From positions 3,472,001-3,536,000 of the forward strand of contig JAYWIR010000002.1 in assembly GCA_036172245.1 (NCBI GenBank): a DNA stretch of 64,000 bases. The letters are read 5' to 3'. Source of the stretch: Raillietiella orientalis (Eukaryota). A program made the translations under genes and the position numbers. Shown here one piece after another: positions 40,372-52,070 of this stretch. The notes below the pieces were generated by a model. That model was not told the DNA's origin and searched no databases. It saw only the letters and a program-made list of their open reading frames with translations. Each line of letters opens with the position of its first letter. Position 1 is the first letter of the stretch.

Positions 40372-40791
40372 CCTTTCATGGGATCTGATGAGCGTCGCAT
40401 AGGGCGCCGTAACCCAACGTTTGGTTCATCCCACAGCGCCAGTTCTGCTTATCAAAATTGGCCCGCTGGGCGCTCATGGATCAGACAGTCCGAGCTTCAG
40501 CTTTCAAGCAAGTCGGACCTCTCACCCATTTAAAGTTTGACAATAGGTTGAGGTCATTTCGGCCCCAAGGCCTCTAATCATTCGCTTTACCGGATGAGAC
40601 TCCGTTCTTTTTCCGCTCCAGCTATCCTGAGGGAAACCGGAGGGAACCAGCTACTGGATGGTTGGATCCGTCTTTCGCCCCTATACCCAGCTCTTACGAC
40701 CAATTTGCACGTTAGGATCGCTGCGGACCTACACCAGAGTTTCCTCTGGCTTCGTCCTGGCCAGGCATACTTCACATTCGGGTCCCAGCGT
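40372..40791 (-). pseudogene. Isolated, decayed 28S rRNA fragment (~420 bp)
   Basis: Plus strand has antisense LSU core sequences: GGTTCATCCCACAGCGCCAGTTCTGCTTA, CCCATTTAAAGTTTGA, CCTCTAATCATTCGCTTTACCGGAT, CCAGCTATCCTGAGGGAAAC, GTCTTTCGCCCCTATACCCAG. There are indels in conserved motifs (GAAAC-CGGAGG for GAAACTTCGGAGG; TTCACATTCGGGTC for TTCACCATCTTTCGGGTC) and no flanking rDNA. Confidence 0.9.
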
Positions 40792-41136
40792 TTAAAAAAA
40801 CAAAGGGGGACGTTTTCCTCCCAACTTTACATCGCGTTCTGCAAGCACTCGGCAACCGAGCGTACCCACTATACATCACCTATACGTCCATCCGTTCAAT
40901 ATAGCACTGCCACGTGCATGACACGTGACACGACTACCTTTGCAACCACGGCACCGTCAGTTCAGATTTCCTAACGTTGCTCAGGCTGTACCACTTGCTT
41001 CGCGATCTGGCCCCAACTGATGGACCTCCATGCATAGCCACTTCCCGAAGCACACATGCACGGAATTAGCCATGTGCAGAGAGAAAAAACTATTCCAAAG
41101 GACTATCAAATAAATTTTATTACTATATAAATTAAA

Positions 41137-43148
41137 TTAATCGACTTCCTCTATCGTAGGTCCCCCGGAACCGCGTGGTCCCCCTGGCATGCCACCAGGC
41201 ATCCCTCCAGGCATGCCGCCGGGCATTCCTCCGGGCATGCCACCAGGCATACCACCACCAGCTTGGTACAACTTCGTGATTATGGGATTGCACACTTGCT
41301 CAACCTCCTTTTGCTTGTGCTCAAACTCTTCTTTTTCCGCTAGCTGATTGGTGTCCAGCCACTTAATAGTCTCGTTGCACTTGTCCAAGACTATTTTTTT
41401 ATCGGCTTCCGGAATCTTGCCTTGGGTTTTCTCATCTTCCATGGAGGCTTTCATGTTGAAGCAGTACGATTCCAGACCATTTTTGGCCGAGATTCGCTCC
41501 CTTTGCTGCTCGTCCTCCTGCCTATATTTGTCAGCCTCCTGGACCATACGTTCGATTTCATCCTTGGACAAGCGACCTTTATCGTTCGTAATTGTGATTT
41601 TACTGGCTTTTCCAGTCGACTTGTCTACAGCTGACACATTCAAAATTCCATTCGCATCGATATCAAATGTGACTTCGATCTGGGGGACACCCCGGGGTGC
41701 AGGTGGAATACCAGTTAGTTCGAACTTGCCCAACAAATTATTGTCCTTTGTCATCGCACGCTCTCCTTCGAACACCTGAATAAGCACACCAGGCTGATTA
41801 TCACTGTACGTAGTAAAAGTCTGTGTTTGCTTTGTGGGAATGGTTGTGTTCCTCTTGATCAATGCAGTCATCACACCACCGGCAGTTTCAATACCCAACG
41901 ACAAGGGAGTAACATCAAGCAGCAGCAGATCTTGCACAATCTCCGACTTATCGCCATGCAGGATAGCTGCTTGCACAGCTGCACCATAAGCTACAGCCTC
42001 ATCAGGATTGATGGACTTGTTCAATTCTTTGCCATTAAAGAAGTCTTGCAGTAACTTCTGAATTTTGGGAATTCTGGTGGAGCCACCCACTAGCACTATA
42101 TCATGCACTTGTGCTTTGTCCATCTTCGCATCGCGAAGTGACTTTTCCACTGGCTCTAAGGTACCTCGGAAGAGATCAGCATTCAATTCCTCAAATCTAG
42201 CTCGGGTGATTGAAGTATAAAAGTCGATGCCTTCATACAGGGAATCAATCTCAATAGATGCCTGGGTGGAGGATGACAAGGTCCTTTTAGCACGTTCACA
42301 AGCTGTGCGGAGTCTACGAATAGCTCGCTTGTTATCACTTGGATCTTTCTTATGCTTCCTCTTGAATTCTTGCACAAAATGATTCACCATTCTATTGTCA
42401 AAATCTTCACCACCCAGATGTGTATCACCTGCAGTAGACTTCACTTCAAAGATTCCCTCTTCAATCGTTAAAATTGACACATCGAAAGTGCCACCACCCA
42501 AATCGAAAATGAGTACATTTCGTTCTCCTCCTGCTTTCTTATCTAAACCATAAGCAATTGCAGCAGCTGTGGGCTCATTGATGATTCGCAACACATTCAA
42601 ACCAGCAATAGTGCCAGCATCCTTGGTTGCCTGTCGTTGAGAGTCATTGAAATATGCAGGCACTGTGATCACAGCATTTGTGACAGTTTTGCCAAGGTAG
42701 GCTTCAGCGATTTCCTTCATTTTTGTTAGTACCATGGATGATACTTCCTCAGGATAAAAGGATTTCATTTCTCCTTTGTACTCCACTTTTATCTTTGGCT
42801 TCCCCCCATCACTTATGACTGTAAATGGCCAGTGCTTCATATCCTGCTGCACAGTCGTATCTTCAAACTTGCGACCAATCAGACGTTTAGCATCTATACA
42901 GAAATAAGCAATAGTCAACAACTCGAGCATTATCACATACCAAAAACTGTATTGGTGGGATTCATAGCTACTTGGTTTTTCGCTGCATCACCAATTAACC
43001 TTTCAGTATCGGTGAAGGCTACGTAACTTGGAGTAGTTCGGTTTCCCTGGTCATTGGCTATGATTTCAACTTTGCCATGTTGAAACACGCCGACACAGGA
43101 ATACGTTGTTCCCAAATCGATACCGATAGCGGGACCTTTCTTCTCCAT
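41137..43148 (-). CDS. Hsc70: Cytosolic heat-shock cognate 70 protein, 654 aa
   Basis: Exons 43148-42941 and 42893-41137 (47-nt intron). [38 protein letters not shown], six GGMP repeats and terminal GPTIEEVD. Probable 5'UTR intron 43165-43744. Confidence 0.97.
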
Positions 43149-43850
43149 TGTAAGAGCTGCAAACCTGAAAGTAGATCTACTGTCACCAGCGATTCTTGAC
43201 AGTCACACTCCGCGTTTCCCACTCATCACTAGACACACTAGTTACTGTATTCTACTCATTTATTCACCCTTTGTTTACCAGTGCTCTGAACGCGGCTTAT
43301 AAAATTTAACGTGATGTAAAACGATTCAAAAAAAACAATTTTGCAAAAGGTACACGTAAGAACGTGTGAGCTTGTGTCGATATGCAAACGTCACGCTGAA
43401 GTGTAAACCAAAACACTCCACCATTTATTAAAGCACATGCTCTCCATTATTGCATCGAGGAAACTAAAAAAAAAAAAATTACGACCGTCCGGGAAAACCG
43501 TACAACGATCGCAACATTCAGTTATTTGGAAAGCAGTTCGGTTAGCGGGCAAAGTTAACTGAATCCTGTGCCTGTATGTGATTTAGTACTGCGGCCTGCG
43601 GAGCCAAAGTTCAAACAAGAACAAAAGGGAAGAAAAGGTTAGAATAACGACGCTTCATGCCCACAGCTCCAGCAGATTAAACCAATTCAAAAAGTTTCCG
43701 TACACACACACAGACACACGCCACAAAATATGAGAATCGCTTACCTGAAATGCTTTACCACACTCTAAGCCACTACTACAGCCTTCACACGACAACCACG
43801 TACACGGGGGCGGCACGTTTTCCAATAGGCCACGAAGGTGTCCGCATCCA

Positions 43851-43934
43851 TCTTAAAAGCGGCATCGAAGAGCCGGGAAGCTTCTGGAATCACGTTCTCG
43901 AAAGTTCTCGCAGTGAACCGCCGCTTTTGATTGG
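43851..43934 (-). promoter_or_regulatory. Hsc70 promoter: two heat-shock elements, TATA-like and CCAAT motifs
   Basis: gGAAgcTTCtgGAAt (43876-43890) and gTTCtcGAAagTTCt (43894-43908) are perfect three-unit nGAAn arrays. TTTTAAGA on minus at 43851-43858 and CCAAT on minus at 43930-43934, just upstream of the 5'UTR exon. Confidence 0.8.
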
Positions 43935-44859
43935 ACGGAAGATAAAGCACACGTTCCGAGCTCTATCAGAAAAGATGGTAACCGTCATCCGACTGCGAAA
44001 ACGGTTAAGACACCGTGGAAACGCGGCAGCGAAGAACGATTTTCCGAATTCCCGTACATCGGTTTTAGAATCAGCTAGGATCGATTGTAGTAGCTACTAT
44101 CGAAAGTGCTGTAGTAGCGTGGCTTCGACTGGTTTGCTTCAGCGTGTACTCACGATTATCGATTCCACCGAGCTTTGAACACACCAAACATTGCGGGCTG
44201 GGTGAACCAAGCAGTAATTTGTGATATTTATTACACGCGAGCAATTGGGGCTTTCCGGCCAAGCAGGAGAAACGCACCTTGAAAATTCGCTCGCGGTGGA
44301 GCCACCCGGAACTAGGAGTAAATGATAAGTACAATGCGGTAAGGTAATTGTACTTACGAAATCACCACTAATAAAGGAAAAAAACGCTCCACAACCCCTA
44401 GAACTACAGAGCCAGAATTAAAGAGTTGCGCTGAAAACCGGGGGAGAAATGGGGTGAACCTCCTTGTTCCGAAATTTACCTCATGAGCTCCCTATATTTT
44501 TCCACTTGACGTACGAAACGCGGGTTCTCATTCTCTGGCTGGTGCAGGAATCCAAAGCTCTTTGACCGCAGAGTGTTGCTTGTCCAAATACGGTTTGTGT
44601 GTTCTGCGTCCGATAATTCCTCTCCCCTCCCTTCTCCCCCCCCCCTCCTCCTCCTCCTCTCTTTCGGAGAATATTCTCCATCTCATTGCGAAACCACGGC
44701 ACCACATCTCAACCACAGCTGCTGCGATGGCCAGGCACGGCTTCCGGCTGCTGCGGCTGAGTGTCGAACCAAAAGGGAGGGAAACGAATTATCCTCCGGC
44801 ATCCGGTGGAAAAAAAATTCCGTGGGAGAATACGTGAAAGCCGTCTTCGCCGAGATGAA

Positions 44860-44861
<2 letters not shown>

Positions 44862-44897
<36 letters not shown>
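44862..44897. repeat. Poly(T) tract, ~36 nt
   Basis: Read directly; the longest of many homopolymer runs in the window. Confidence 0.85.
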
Positions 44898-44899
<2 letters not shown>

Positions 44900-46149
44900 C
44901 GAAATGGCAGCCTCCAACTGAGCCCCGCTGTTGCTTTCCCACCCGACTTGAAAAGGTTGTTCATAGACGCAGAGCACCGGGATGCTGGAACGTCTTCTTC
45001 GTTCCATCCCGAAGCTCTAAGCAAAGCCGTTAACCCTTCCACCGCGCCGTGCTTTGCAGCGTGTACGCACGGCTCTCGTAGTACACAGACGTGGCACAGA
45101 CTTAGGTGCGAACACGCAACACGAACTGTGCCAACAACTCATTGACAACGGGAAAGCGAGTGTCTCACTGGGCGGGCCGTGCCGACACGTGACGAAAGAA
45201 ACCCGTGCCAACCTCCACTAGCCAAATGCACAAGAAGGCCTCCTTGTCCTGTGTGATCGTGATGCATCAAAAAAGGATCAACAAAAATTTTTCATACAGG
45301 CAGCGTGGCACCTTGGACACGTAATAGGTGTGCATAATCCAAAGGTGTTTCCACACCTAAGCTAGAAGCAATTAGGACACGCCTATTATACCTAGCACCT
45401 ACTGCGGCATAGCATCTACTTAGCATCTCATACCGTTACTCCTGCAATCACGTGCCAGCACTGGGATGACATCCAGCCGTGAGCTTCCCGAAACCGAGCA
45501 TGACTAGCGTTTGGGGCCTGCACCTTAGATAGGAAAGTGTCTCGATGTCCCCCACTCTTCCTACTGAGAGTTTGGGTCTCTCGGCTGTTTTCATACCTAA
45601 CCACCCTGCAGCGTTCATTTTGATGGAGGCGTCCGCACGCGACCACGCGCAGCGTTGCTATGGAAAGGGCAGCAGCAGCCCTGGATGCCAAGCTCGCTGG
45701 CAACTGGAGCTTGGAAATCCTTTCACTAGAGATTCACCCGGCAGTCATGCTGCCAAGTTCCAGGGGTGAGGTGTTTTTTTTCAACTGACCGATCCACCGA
45801 CCCATCTATTCCTTGATCAGTTTTCCTCCAACATTTCATTTCCCTTTGGATTCTTACTTTGCGTCACAGTCGAGGGCGGAAACGACGAGACGCCATCATC
45901 GCTGTATTCTTACTCTTATGGATAATAAGATTCTCTCCCTTATAGATAATGCACTTACCGACATTCGTATTTTGAAACCTTCCGGTGTGATGAACTTTCC
46001 ACAAATTCTATTAGACTCTTTTCATCTTGTCATTTATTTTCAAGGGATCTTAGCATAAGTTTGCTGCTGCTTCTTCTTCTTCTTCTTCTTCCCGACCCCA
46101 TTTCAACTGTTTCAAAGTCAACCTTGTTTAGCCTTACAGAAGCTACATT

Positions 46150-47420
46150 TTTCTTACTTCATAATTTCACGCTCTCGAGGTGAATGTAACTTTAGCAAGG
46201 AAATCTCCCTCGGCATTCGCAGCATTTTCTTTACATAATTTGGAGTGTAAATGTTCCGATGATCTTGAGAATTTTCCAATCCAATGTTCCATACTGGGCA
46301 ACAAGAGGGTTTCCTGACTTTCATTTGTTCCCTTAACCTACATCTCTCAAATCTAGGGCTTAGTAACTCAGTAAAGGGTTCAGAGATTAGGAGGTATTCA
46401 TGTGTCTTTCTGATGGAAGATTTCAAAAGGTTTCTAATCTTAAGGAAGATCCTGAAACAACTTTCAAGATATTTTGGCCGCAAAACATCCTGTCATGGCT
46501 TTTCCTTGCTGAACAGAGACACCCTAACGTAAAAGGATTTAAAAGCAGACGGGTGGTTGCAACTTCACCTCCTTACCACAGTGCAGCCACGGAAGTTGCA
46601 GAACGAAGGCCAAATCCATTGCTGTTTTGGATTCTGCTGCTGGATCCACGACTCTTGGCGAATTCAATCTTCCAAACTCAGAGGCATAGGGAATCGATCC
46701 GTACAAGTGGGCAACAGCATGGATGAAGGATGGTTGCTGTACCTTCTCGTTTCATCCAGCAGCTTGGATTTACAAACGTGCATATGCCGATCTGATGCAA
46801 ATGAGCTGAGGGTAATCATGGTGTGAACAAGCTCGTTGACATAGCCTATCAAGGACGTTGTTACTCCTCAGAAAACGGTCCGTAGAAGAGGAGGATGCCT
46901 TCAGAAATAGAGAATACTGTACACTGGATGGGAAGTAAGAAGTGCCGCACCTTAAGGGTGATTTATTTGTAGCCCACAAAGTCCTTCCTGGTGAATCTTC
47001 TCCGTTTGAAGTGCGGTGTTGCTTCTTGTTGAAAGCTCACCTTGGAAATCACCGATGAAGACGCATTCATTCTCTGGATATATGACATTCATCATGCATC
47101 CGCCCAAACTCCCCCATCTTGCTTCATTACCATATTTCATTTCAGCTTCATCCGATTACAAATCTAGATTGGGAGGAGGGAAGGCTAAATGTTGGAGGTG
47201 GAGCTTTTCATCCTCGTCTGCCCAAACCAAGACACTTTTGGCATCTTCTAGGTAATCGGTCGAGGATGAGAGGTCGAAATTTACGGGCGCTGTTTGAATT
47301 CGTTTCGGGACGAGTGAGGGAAAAAGAGGTGTGCTCTTGCAATAAAGTATTCCCGGATTTCTCCCTTGTTCCTGGCACTCGTTCTTGCTGCATCCAACTG
47401 CCCCATCTACGTCTTCGATG
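46150..47420 (-). mobile_element. Decayed RTE-like LINE (APE endonuclease and linker)
   Basis: Minus frame with stops: PENECVFIGDFQG (GDFN), YF*RHPPLLRTVF*GVTTSLIGYV (F.H....TW....IDYI), SFASDRHMHVCKSKL (SDH.LL...L), later K*KSGNP (K.GKAPG). Confidence 0.55.
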
Positions 47421-49163
47421 ACCCGGCACTTAAAACAATCGCCTAGGGCAAAAAAGAAAAAAAAAAAGGAAAAGAAACCCATTTGAGATGAGCCTGAACT
47501 TTTTCGTGACGGATTTTCAATTAAGCAGCTGAATGTCGAAATGCATCCGTTGCGGCCCGTGCGTGGAAGTCTGATCCTTCCAACAGATAAAAACAAACCA
47601 CACCAAGGGGATTCCCTTGGTGTGGTTTGTGGCGGTCGATTTCGGAGTTTTGCGGGTGCATCATAATCGCCAGATGGTTTCCTCTTTTTCCATTCTTTTG
47701 CTCCTTCCTCCCTCTGTGCATGCCAATGTATTTTTCCCGTTATTCAATGCCAGCTATTACGAGCTCGCCAGAAACCTGAATAGTGATAAAATGATGAGTT
47801 TCCTTCATGCCCCGTTCCTGCAATACAAAAAGGACGGCAATTTATGCAAGAATATCTGCATGAAGTAATTGGGCAGCGAACTGGATGATGGTGCGGCGAA
47901 CGGATGTAAGAATTGGGATCCTTCACGAGGTTCCAATTGTACAAACATATGCTATAAAAGAAGAAGAAGAAGAAGAGAGTTTCATCAACGCTTCCACCTG
48001 CTTTTTTTTTTTTTTTTTTGTGGAAAAAACAAAAACAAAAAAACACTGCGTTTATGGTCAGATCGAAAGGTGGCGAAAATAATTAATAAAGAGGCGGAAA
48101 AAGGAAGCCATTTTCTTTTCGCGATTGTTGCGTCAAAATATTTTTGAATGACAATTCGAAGCCACGGGCTTGAAAGTTCCATCAACTTTTCGATGCCTGC
48201 TACGATCTTTTTTATTTCGATCATTTTATGAATCAGAGAATAACATTTCCCATTCCAAAGATTTCTCGGGCGTTGATGCCAAGGAAGGACAAAACCTGAG
48301 TGACTTTCCATGGGCATCTTAACACTGCGTACGATTGGCTGCAATTCTCTCATCTTTGGTAAGCACGATAAACTGTTTGGGTGAAATGCCGTCAGGCAAC
48401 TCGGCCTTTGCGAAGACCTATGCCGAAATGAAATCCTGGAATAGCTTGAGAGCTCAAAGTTCAATAAGCGCACGAATGACCGATTTTTTTTTCAAGCAGG
48501 GCTGCCCAAGAAGTTGGGATATCCAACAGCGCTGTTGGTTGGTGCACGTTTGAGGTTCGGTTATTCCGTACGAATCATCTCAACCAGCATGTCAAAGTAT
48601 TACCGAAGAACTGCAATTTTAATCATAATTGGCTCTTGGCGCTGCTTGGTTTGTTTCCCATAAATTGCATTGTAAGGAAACATAAACTGTATCGTACAAA
48701 ATACGAAAGCGTCAACAAAATCTGTTTGGTACTTGGCTTCCCGTTCGCACGTGTTTACGGGAGAGTGGGTGTCCAACGTGGATGTTGCCTTCCTGTGCAC
48801 AAATTAACCGAAAAGAATGCTTCCGTGGATGCTTCCGAAATGCTCTGCGAAAGCGACGAATAAGTGACGAAACGATTTTACTTGTAACCTTCAAAACAAA
48901 CACAGTGTGGACTTCACGGTACCAAACCATAAACTGCAACTTCTCGTCATCCACGGGGTCTTCTACATTCAGGGGTTCCGAATAGGCAATGAATAATTAG
49001 GAACTGATGATTTTAAACAGTAGCGAACCACTCGTCACATCATTAGAGAGCACGAAGCCCCCAAGTGTTCGAAAAGTGATCATCAATTCTAACGATTGTG
49101 TTGTGTCTGTAGGAAACAGCAGCAGGAGCAGACTGTAACCTGGACTTGAGATTTTTGTGCAAC

Positions 49164-49925
49164 ATGGAGATCTGCGAAGAAAACACCAGCGATTGCTGCC
49201 CGATCCAGGAGATCTGCGAAGTGAGCATAGAATCGGAAAAATCGGAAGGCAAAGCACATCTCGAGAAGGAAAAATCGAGAAAATCCGTGGACGGCTCCCT
49301 GGGCAACGCACACGTTCAGCCCAACGAGCACATTCTCTTGAAAATGCAAAGAAAGGACGGCGGCGGCATGGCAGCGCCGGCCTCGAGAGGAGTCAACAGG
49401 AGGTTGAGGAACAAATACTGTGAACTCTGCGACCGCCTCTTCGCGCGACCGAGCTACCTGCAGCGCCACATGAAATTGCACGCCAACGGGAAACTTCCCT
49501 CAGTCCCTCAAACCAACATGAGTGAAATTCGCTCGTCGCCCCTGTCCGCCCCTACTTACGACTTGCTCGACCTCGTGACGGCGTACTCCCACGCGCAGCC
49601 TCCGAGGATGGGGCTCCTGTGCTGCCACCTTTGCTCGACGGCGTTCGACAGCGCCAACGAGTACAACGACCACATGCGCAAGCACTCCAGCGACCGCTCC
49701 CACCGCTGCGCGGAGTGTTTCCGCGTGTTTGCCCTCGCCAGCGAGTTGAAGCTGCACGAGCTGGAGCACCGCTGCCGGCAGTACGTCTGCCACTCTTGTG
49801 ATATCTTCTTCCGCGGCATCGCCTACTTCGTCCGCCACCTCCACGATTCGCACGGCGTGGTGGTCAGCCTACCCGTGGACGGCGTGGACGCGGCTCCCTC
49901 GGAGGCCGAAACCCAAACCCAGTGA
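49164..49925 (+). CDS. C2H2 zinc-finger protein (4 fingers)
   Basis: aacATGG at 49164. Fingers CELC..HMKLH, CHLC..HMRKH, CAEC..HELEH, CHSC..HLHDSH. In-frame acceptor tgtag at 49112 implies an upstream exon, so the true start may lie further 5'. AATAAA at 50088. Confidence 0.8.
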   Translation: MEICEENTSDCCPIQEICEVSIESEKSEGKAHLEKEKSRKSVDGSLGNAHVQPNEHILLKMQRKDGGGMAAPASRGVNRRLRNKYCELCDRLFARPSYLQRHMKLHANGKLPSVPQTNMSEIRSSPLSAPTYDLLDLVTAYSHAQPPRMGLLCCHLCSTAFDSANEYNDHMRKHSSDRSHRCAECFRVFALASELKLHELEHRCRQYVCHSCDIFFRGIAYFVRHLHDSHGVVVSLPVDGVDAAPSEAETQTQ

Positions 49926-50559
49926 TTCGGGCACGACGACGCACCTCCGAGGTCCCACCGAACTTTTGCAAGCCAAATTACACTCGACGTTCAGCATATC
50001 CATATACATTTTTTTTTCTACATACATGCCTTTTGCACGTAACCTCCAAAAGCAATTTTATAGTTTTGGTATATATGTGAAATTTTTAATAAACAATTAT
50101 TTTGTAATGGGATGCGTTGAAATTCTCATGTCTTAAGCGTTCCCATGGAGACCATTCGACCGTTCGTATCGGGAAGTACTGCATTTTGGAAATTAGAACG
50201 GGGTTCCCGAATTGCAGTACCTAGTTAAAGGGGAACTCTTGGAGAGGTGTGAAAAGAATCCCACTTTTGGGTTGGTGCTGGACCTGTTTGCCGTTACGCA
50301 GATAACGCATCCCGGAGAAGGCATTTCTGCTAGCTTTCGTGTGCCTATAGAGAGATCCGTGTCGACGTACCGATGCTGGACAAAGACGAGCACCATGGTT
50401 GCCATCCCGTTGCAAGCTCATCGTTTGCCAGTCCAGACGCGGTTTTCATCTCATCTCATTTCGCCCGCCGAGTCATCTTTCGAACTTTGAATTCTCCGTG
50501 GGGTTCCTTGTTTGTTTTTCAGTTTCTTTCTTTCTTTCTTTTTGATTCTATTTAGTCTT

Positions 50560-52070
50560 GCTACCATAAGTGCAGAAGTACCAGAACACATTCGATTTTT
50601 GGATGCGAAATGGGCAAAGAACGTACTGCATACAGTGATGCTGAATTGAAGAAACCCTTGATATTTGCATGCATCTGCACCCACAATCTTGCATGATATT
50701 TTGATGATGTGCAATGTGCGACAGTATTAAAGTTTTGTAAGCATAAGGAAGACCCAAGTGTTGCTGCATTTTCGATAAGAAGCTGTGGAAACTTGAGGGA
50801 AAAAAGCTTTACACATTTCAAATCAAGCCACAGGCAGAATTCGGGCTGAAATTTGCACCAAGCATTCTCGATTCAGATGTCTTTTCAGAAACTAGATGGG
50901 CTTTAAATAAAAAATAATGTTTCGTAATTTTCCAATTTGTTTGCTGGTAAGCGACATCTTACCTCATGCTATAAAGCTGGGAGTCGATGTTCCACGACCG
51001 TGTTGCGGAAGTGGCTAACCCATCTCGTTGTGATAATCCCAATGTAAAACTTGAATCTTGAAGTTCTTGTGCAGTAACCGTTCCTGCATATTTTTCCCAA
51101 AATTCACCAGTAATTTTCTTGCATAATCCAAAATTAGTATATAGAATTTCATCTTTTCCCAGTTCTGGTTTACCTTTGGTTTCATTCAGAAATTCCTGTA
51201 TGCAACAACAAATTATTTCATTTTCTGTTTTATCAGCAAGTCAATTTTGTAATGTTAATAAGAAATGAGGGAGAAACAAGTACCCATAATAGCTTGACCT
51301 TGTGCATCAACACTACAACAAACATGATACTAAGAGTCCAATGGAGGATGCATTGGTCACTAGTTGCTGGGGAAAACAGACTCCCAATGTGATGTTCCGA
51401 AATATTTGGGAAAGGCTGGAAGATGTGGAATCATGGCCGCTTTGCTCAGTTGAATTGTAGAAAAGATATGTTCTGGTGTAATGGGAAAACGGTTTAATGA
51501 TTCAACTGATTGTATACACAAACATCTCTATCGCCTCCGACCCACATATTACGGAAACCTGGTAGGAATTTTACTAGAGCAGTTCTCCTTTTTGGACCTT
51601 TTGGATCACTCTCTTAGAATATGATCTCCAAATGAACAGCGGAATATTCACTTAAATACATGCTTTCGCAACTCCTGAACCACCGTCGTTGTTTCAGTCA
51701 TACAAGTTCTATTCAAGAAAATGACAACACAATGATAATGTAGCTGCAATATACTAATCCGCTTTATAATATATAGATCTATGTTATAGATCATATTACT
51801 TCATGATGAAGCACAGGAACCTACTGACTGTGATGCCCAAAGTTCCTACCTGATGAGAAGCGTGAATCCATCTTCAGTAGCAAAACCAATTTTTCTGATT
51901 AATAAATTGTTGGATATTAGAAATTTTTTTAATACGGCTGTAAAATACTCTTGTTGCTCTAAGAATTTACCTGTACTTTTGGAGATACTAATAAAACCAT
52001 TTTCTATCACAAATCTGTGTTTAGGATAATTCGGCAGGTCATAAAATCCCATAGGAGAAAACAGAGCAAC
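50560..52070 (-). other. Possible unrecognised multi-exon gene, head-to-head with SF3A3
   Basis: Exon-like segment MGFYDLPNYPKH...GFTLLIR ending at a cag|GTAGGA donor (~51849), further GT-AG pairs such as gag|GTAAGA near 50962, and protein-like frames. No full model obtained. Confidence 0.3.

Noticed and set aside
40372..40791. Functional rRNA gene
   Set aside because: Short, isolated and carrying indels in conserved motifs; treated as a pseudogene.
43165..43744. U14-like snoRNA in the Hsc70 5'UTR intron
   Set aside because: A C-box-like GTGATGA lies on the minus strand at ~43224-43230, but there is no downstream CTGA D box before the acceptor and no U14 guide sequence.
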